DNA of 62,266 nt, filler included, from Rhabdomonas costata (taxonomy: Eukaryota): the NCBI GenBank assembly GCA_019059605.1. It is 29 parts of 29 records of this genome, joined end to end, with 100 filler letters (N's around TTAATTAATTAA, not from the genome) between each part and the next. Parts side by side here need not be neighbours in the genome. Positions count along the whole stretch, not along the records: positions 60,214 to 62,266 come from JAHMHO010006091.1; 28 more parts are not named here. One strand, 5' to 3'. The translations under genes were made by a program, and so were the position numbers. Numbering within the stretch: position 1 is the stretch's first letter; each line of letters opens with the position of its first letter. This document shows positions 61,341 to 62,266 of the stretch, piece after piece. The notes under the pieces are model-generated. The model was not told where the DNA came from. It saw only the letters and a program-made list of their open reading frames with translations, and searched no databases.

Positions 61341-62266
61341 CAGTTGATTACTTCAGTTTATTACAAATACTTGCGCCGGTGCCTGGCGGTGCCGTTTTAC
61401 GTACGAGTTCAGCGCAACGGGCCCGGATCCGCCCGCAGGCCGGTTAGGAACCAGGTGAAACTGAACCGCAGGACTGACTACAGGACAAAGTTCCAGCAGT
61501 CCAAAACTTCTCGTGCAAAAAGGCTTCTCAAAGGGAAATGTGGCGTGCTATCCAGACAAATAGACCAACCGAGAGAAAGCACGGGAACCATGGAAATACG
61601 CAAGGAAGAGCAGAGACGCAATAAGGGCACATTTTCGGTGGCAAAGCGTGGTACGGGAAACCGCCCAAGAGGAAATACCGCAGGTATTGCTCGCGCCGTG
61701 GAAAAAAAACACCGCCCGAGGGCAACGGTGCACACAAACAGCCCCTTTCCCGCTTTTGAGTGCGCGTAAAGCCCAAAATTGGGTTTTCTCGATTGGTGTT
61801 TGCGTTCCCCTTGTGCCGTTTGCCGGTCAACGCTTTTTACATTGCCCCTTTAACGCGGTTTGCTTGAAATTTTGGCTTTCCCTCGTTTTTTCCGCATTCC
61901 CAACTCAATTTGGCTGTTTTTAGGCCGAAGGTTTTATTCCGATCATATTTTGTGGGGCCTCGGGAAAAAATGTTGGCCGATGAACGCCGTTTATTACCCA
62001 ACAGCGCCGGTTGAGGAGCAGGCCTTGTGTAACGGATTAGGACCTCAGCGGGTGAACGGCACACCGCCTCAGAGGATTTGGCGGGGGGTGACCCGAAGAA
62101 AGATTAACAATCCAAATCTAATTTGGTTTCAGGACAAATCAACACACACACACATGGCGCCTTGGCGCGGTGTGCTGGGGCGTGTCCTTGTGCTGCTTGT
62201 TCTGCACACCTGTTGGTTTTTTGGCGCGTTCACGGTGCTGCTGTTCGTGCTGGACGACACGACGGG

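Overview
This window is not continuous DNA. It is 29 unlinked contigs of about 2.05 kb, apparently sorted by size and joined by an artificial 100-bp spacer (44 N + TTAATTAATTAA + 44 N). Many contig ends are G/T-only or C/A-only, which suggests whole-genome-amplification primer remnants. The source is an intron-rich eukaryote with short exons and GT-AG introns; an AG acceptor sits just upstream of several ATGs. A euglenozoan or euglenid-like protist is my inference, not proven. Recognisable gene fragments: HAMP/class III cyclase, divergent small GTPase, EGF-repeat protein, PEX22, MOT1-type molybdate transporter, RRM protein, vWA protein, ASCC3-like Sec63 domain, ADCY10-like cyclase-STAND, DEAH helicase, histidine kinase H-box, tubulin cofactor A, an intronless ankyrin ORF, a CDK, ornithine aminotransferase, a NACHT NTPase, a PC-esterase, a complete circularly permuted GST and a disintegrin-repeat protein. 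Mobile DNA: CRE/SLACS-like non-LTR remnants in three contigs, Ty3/gypsy gag and pol fragments, a Merlin/ISXO2 transposase and several MITE or hairpin elements. The most interesting signal is a Ty3/gypsy-type pol fragment preceded on the same strand by a Dam-like N6-adenine methyltransferase domain with an NPPW motif. Next is a GST contig that closes on itself through an exact 127-bp terminal repeat.
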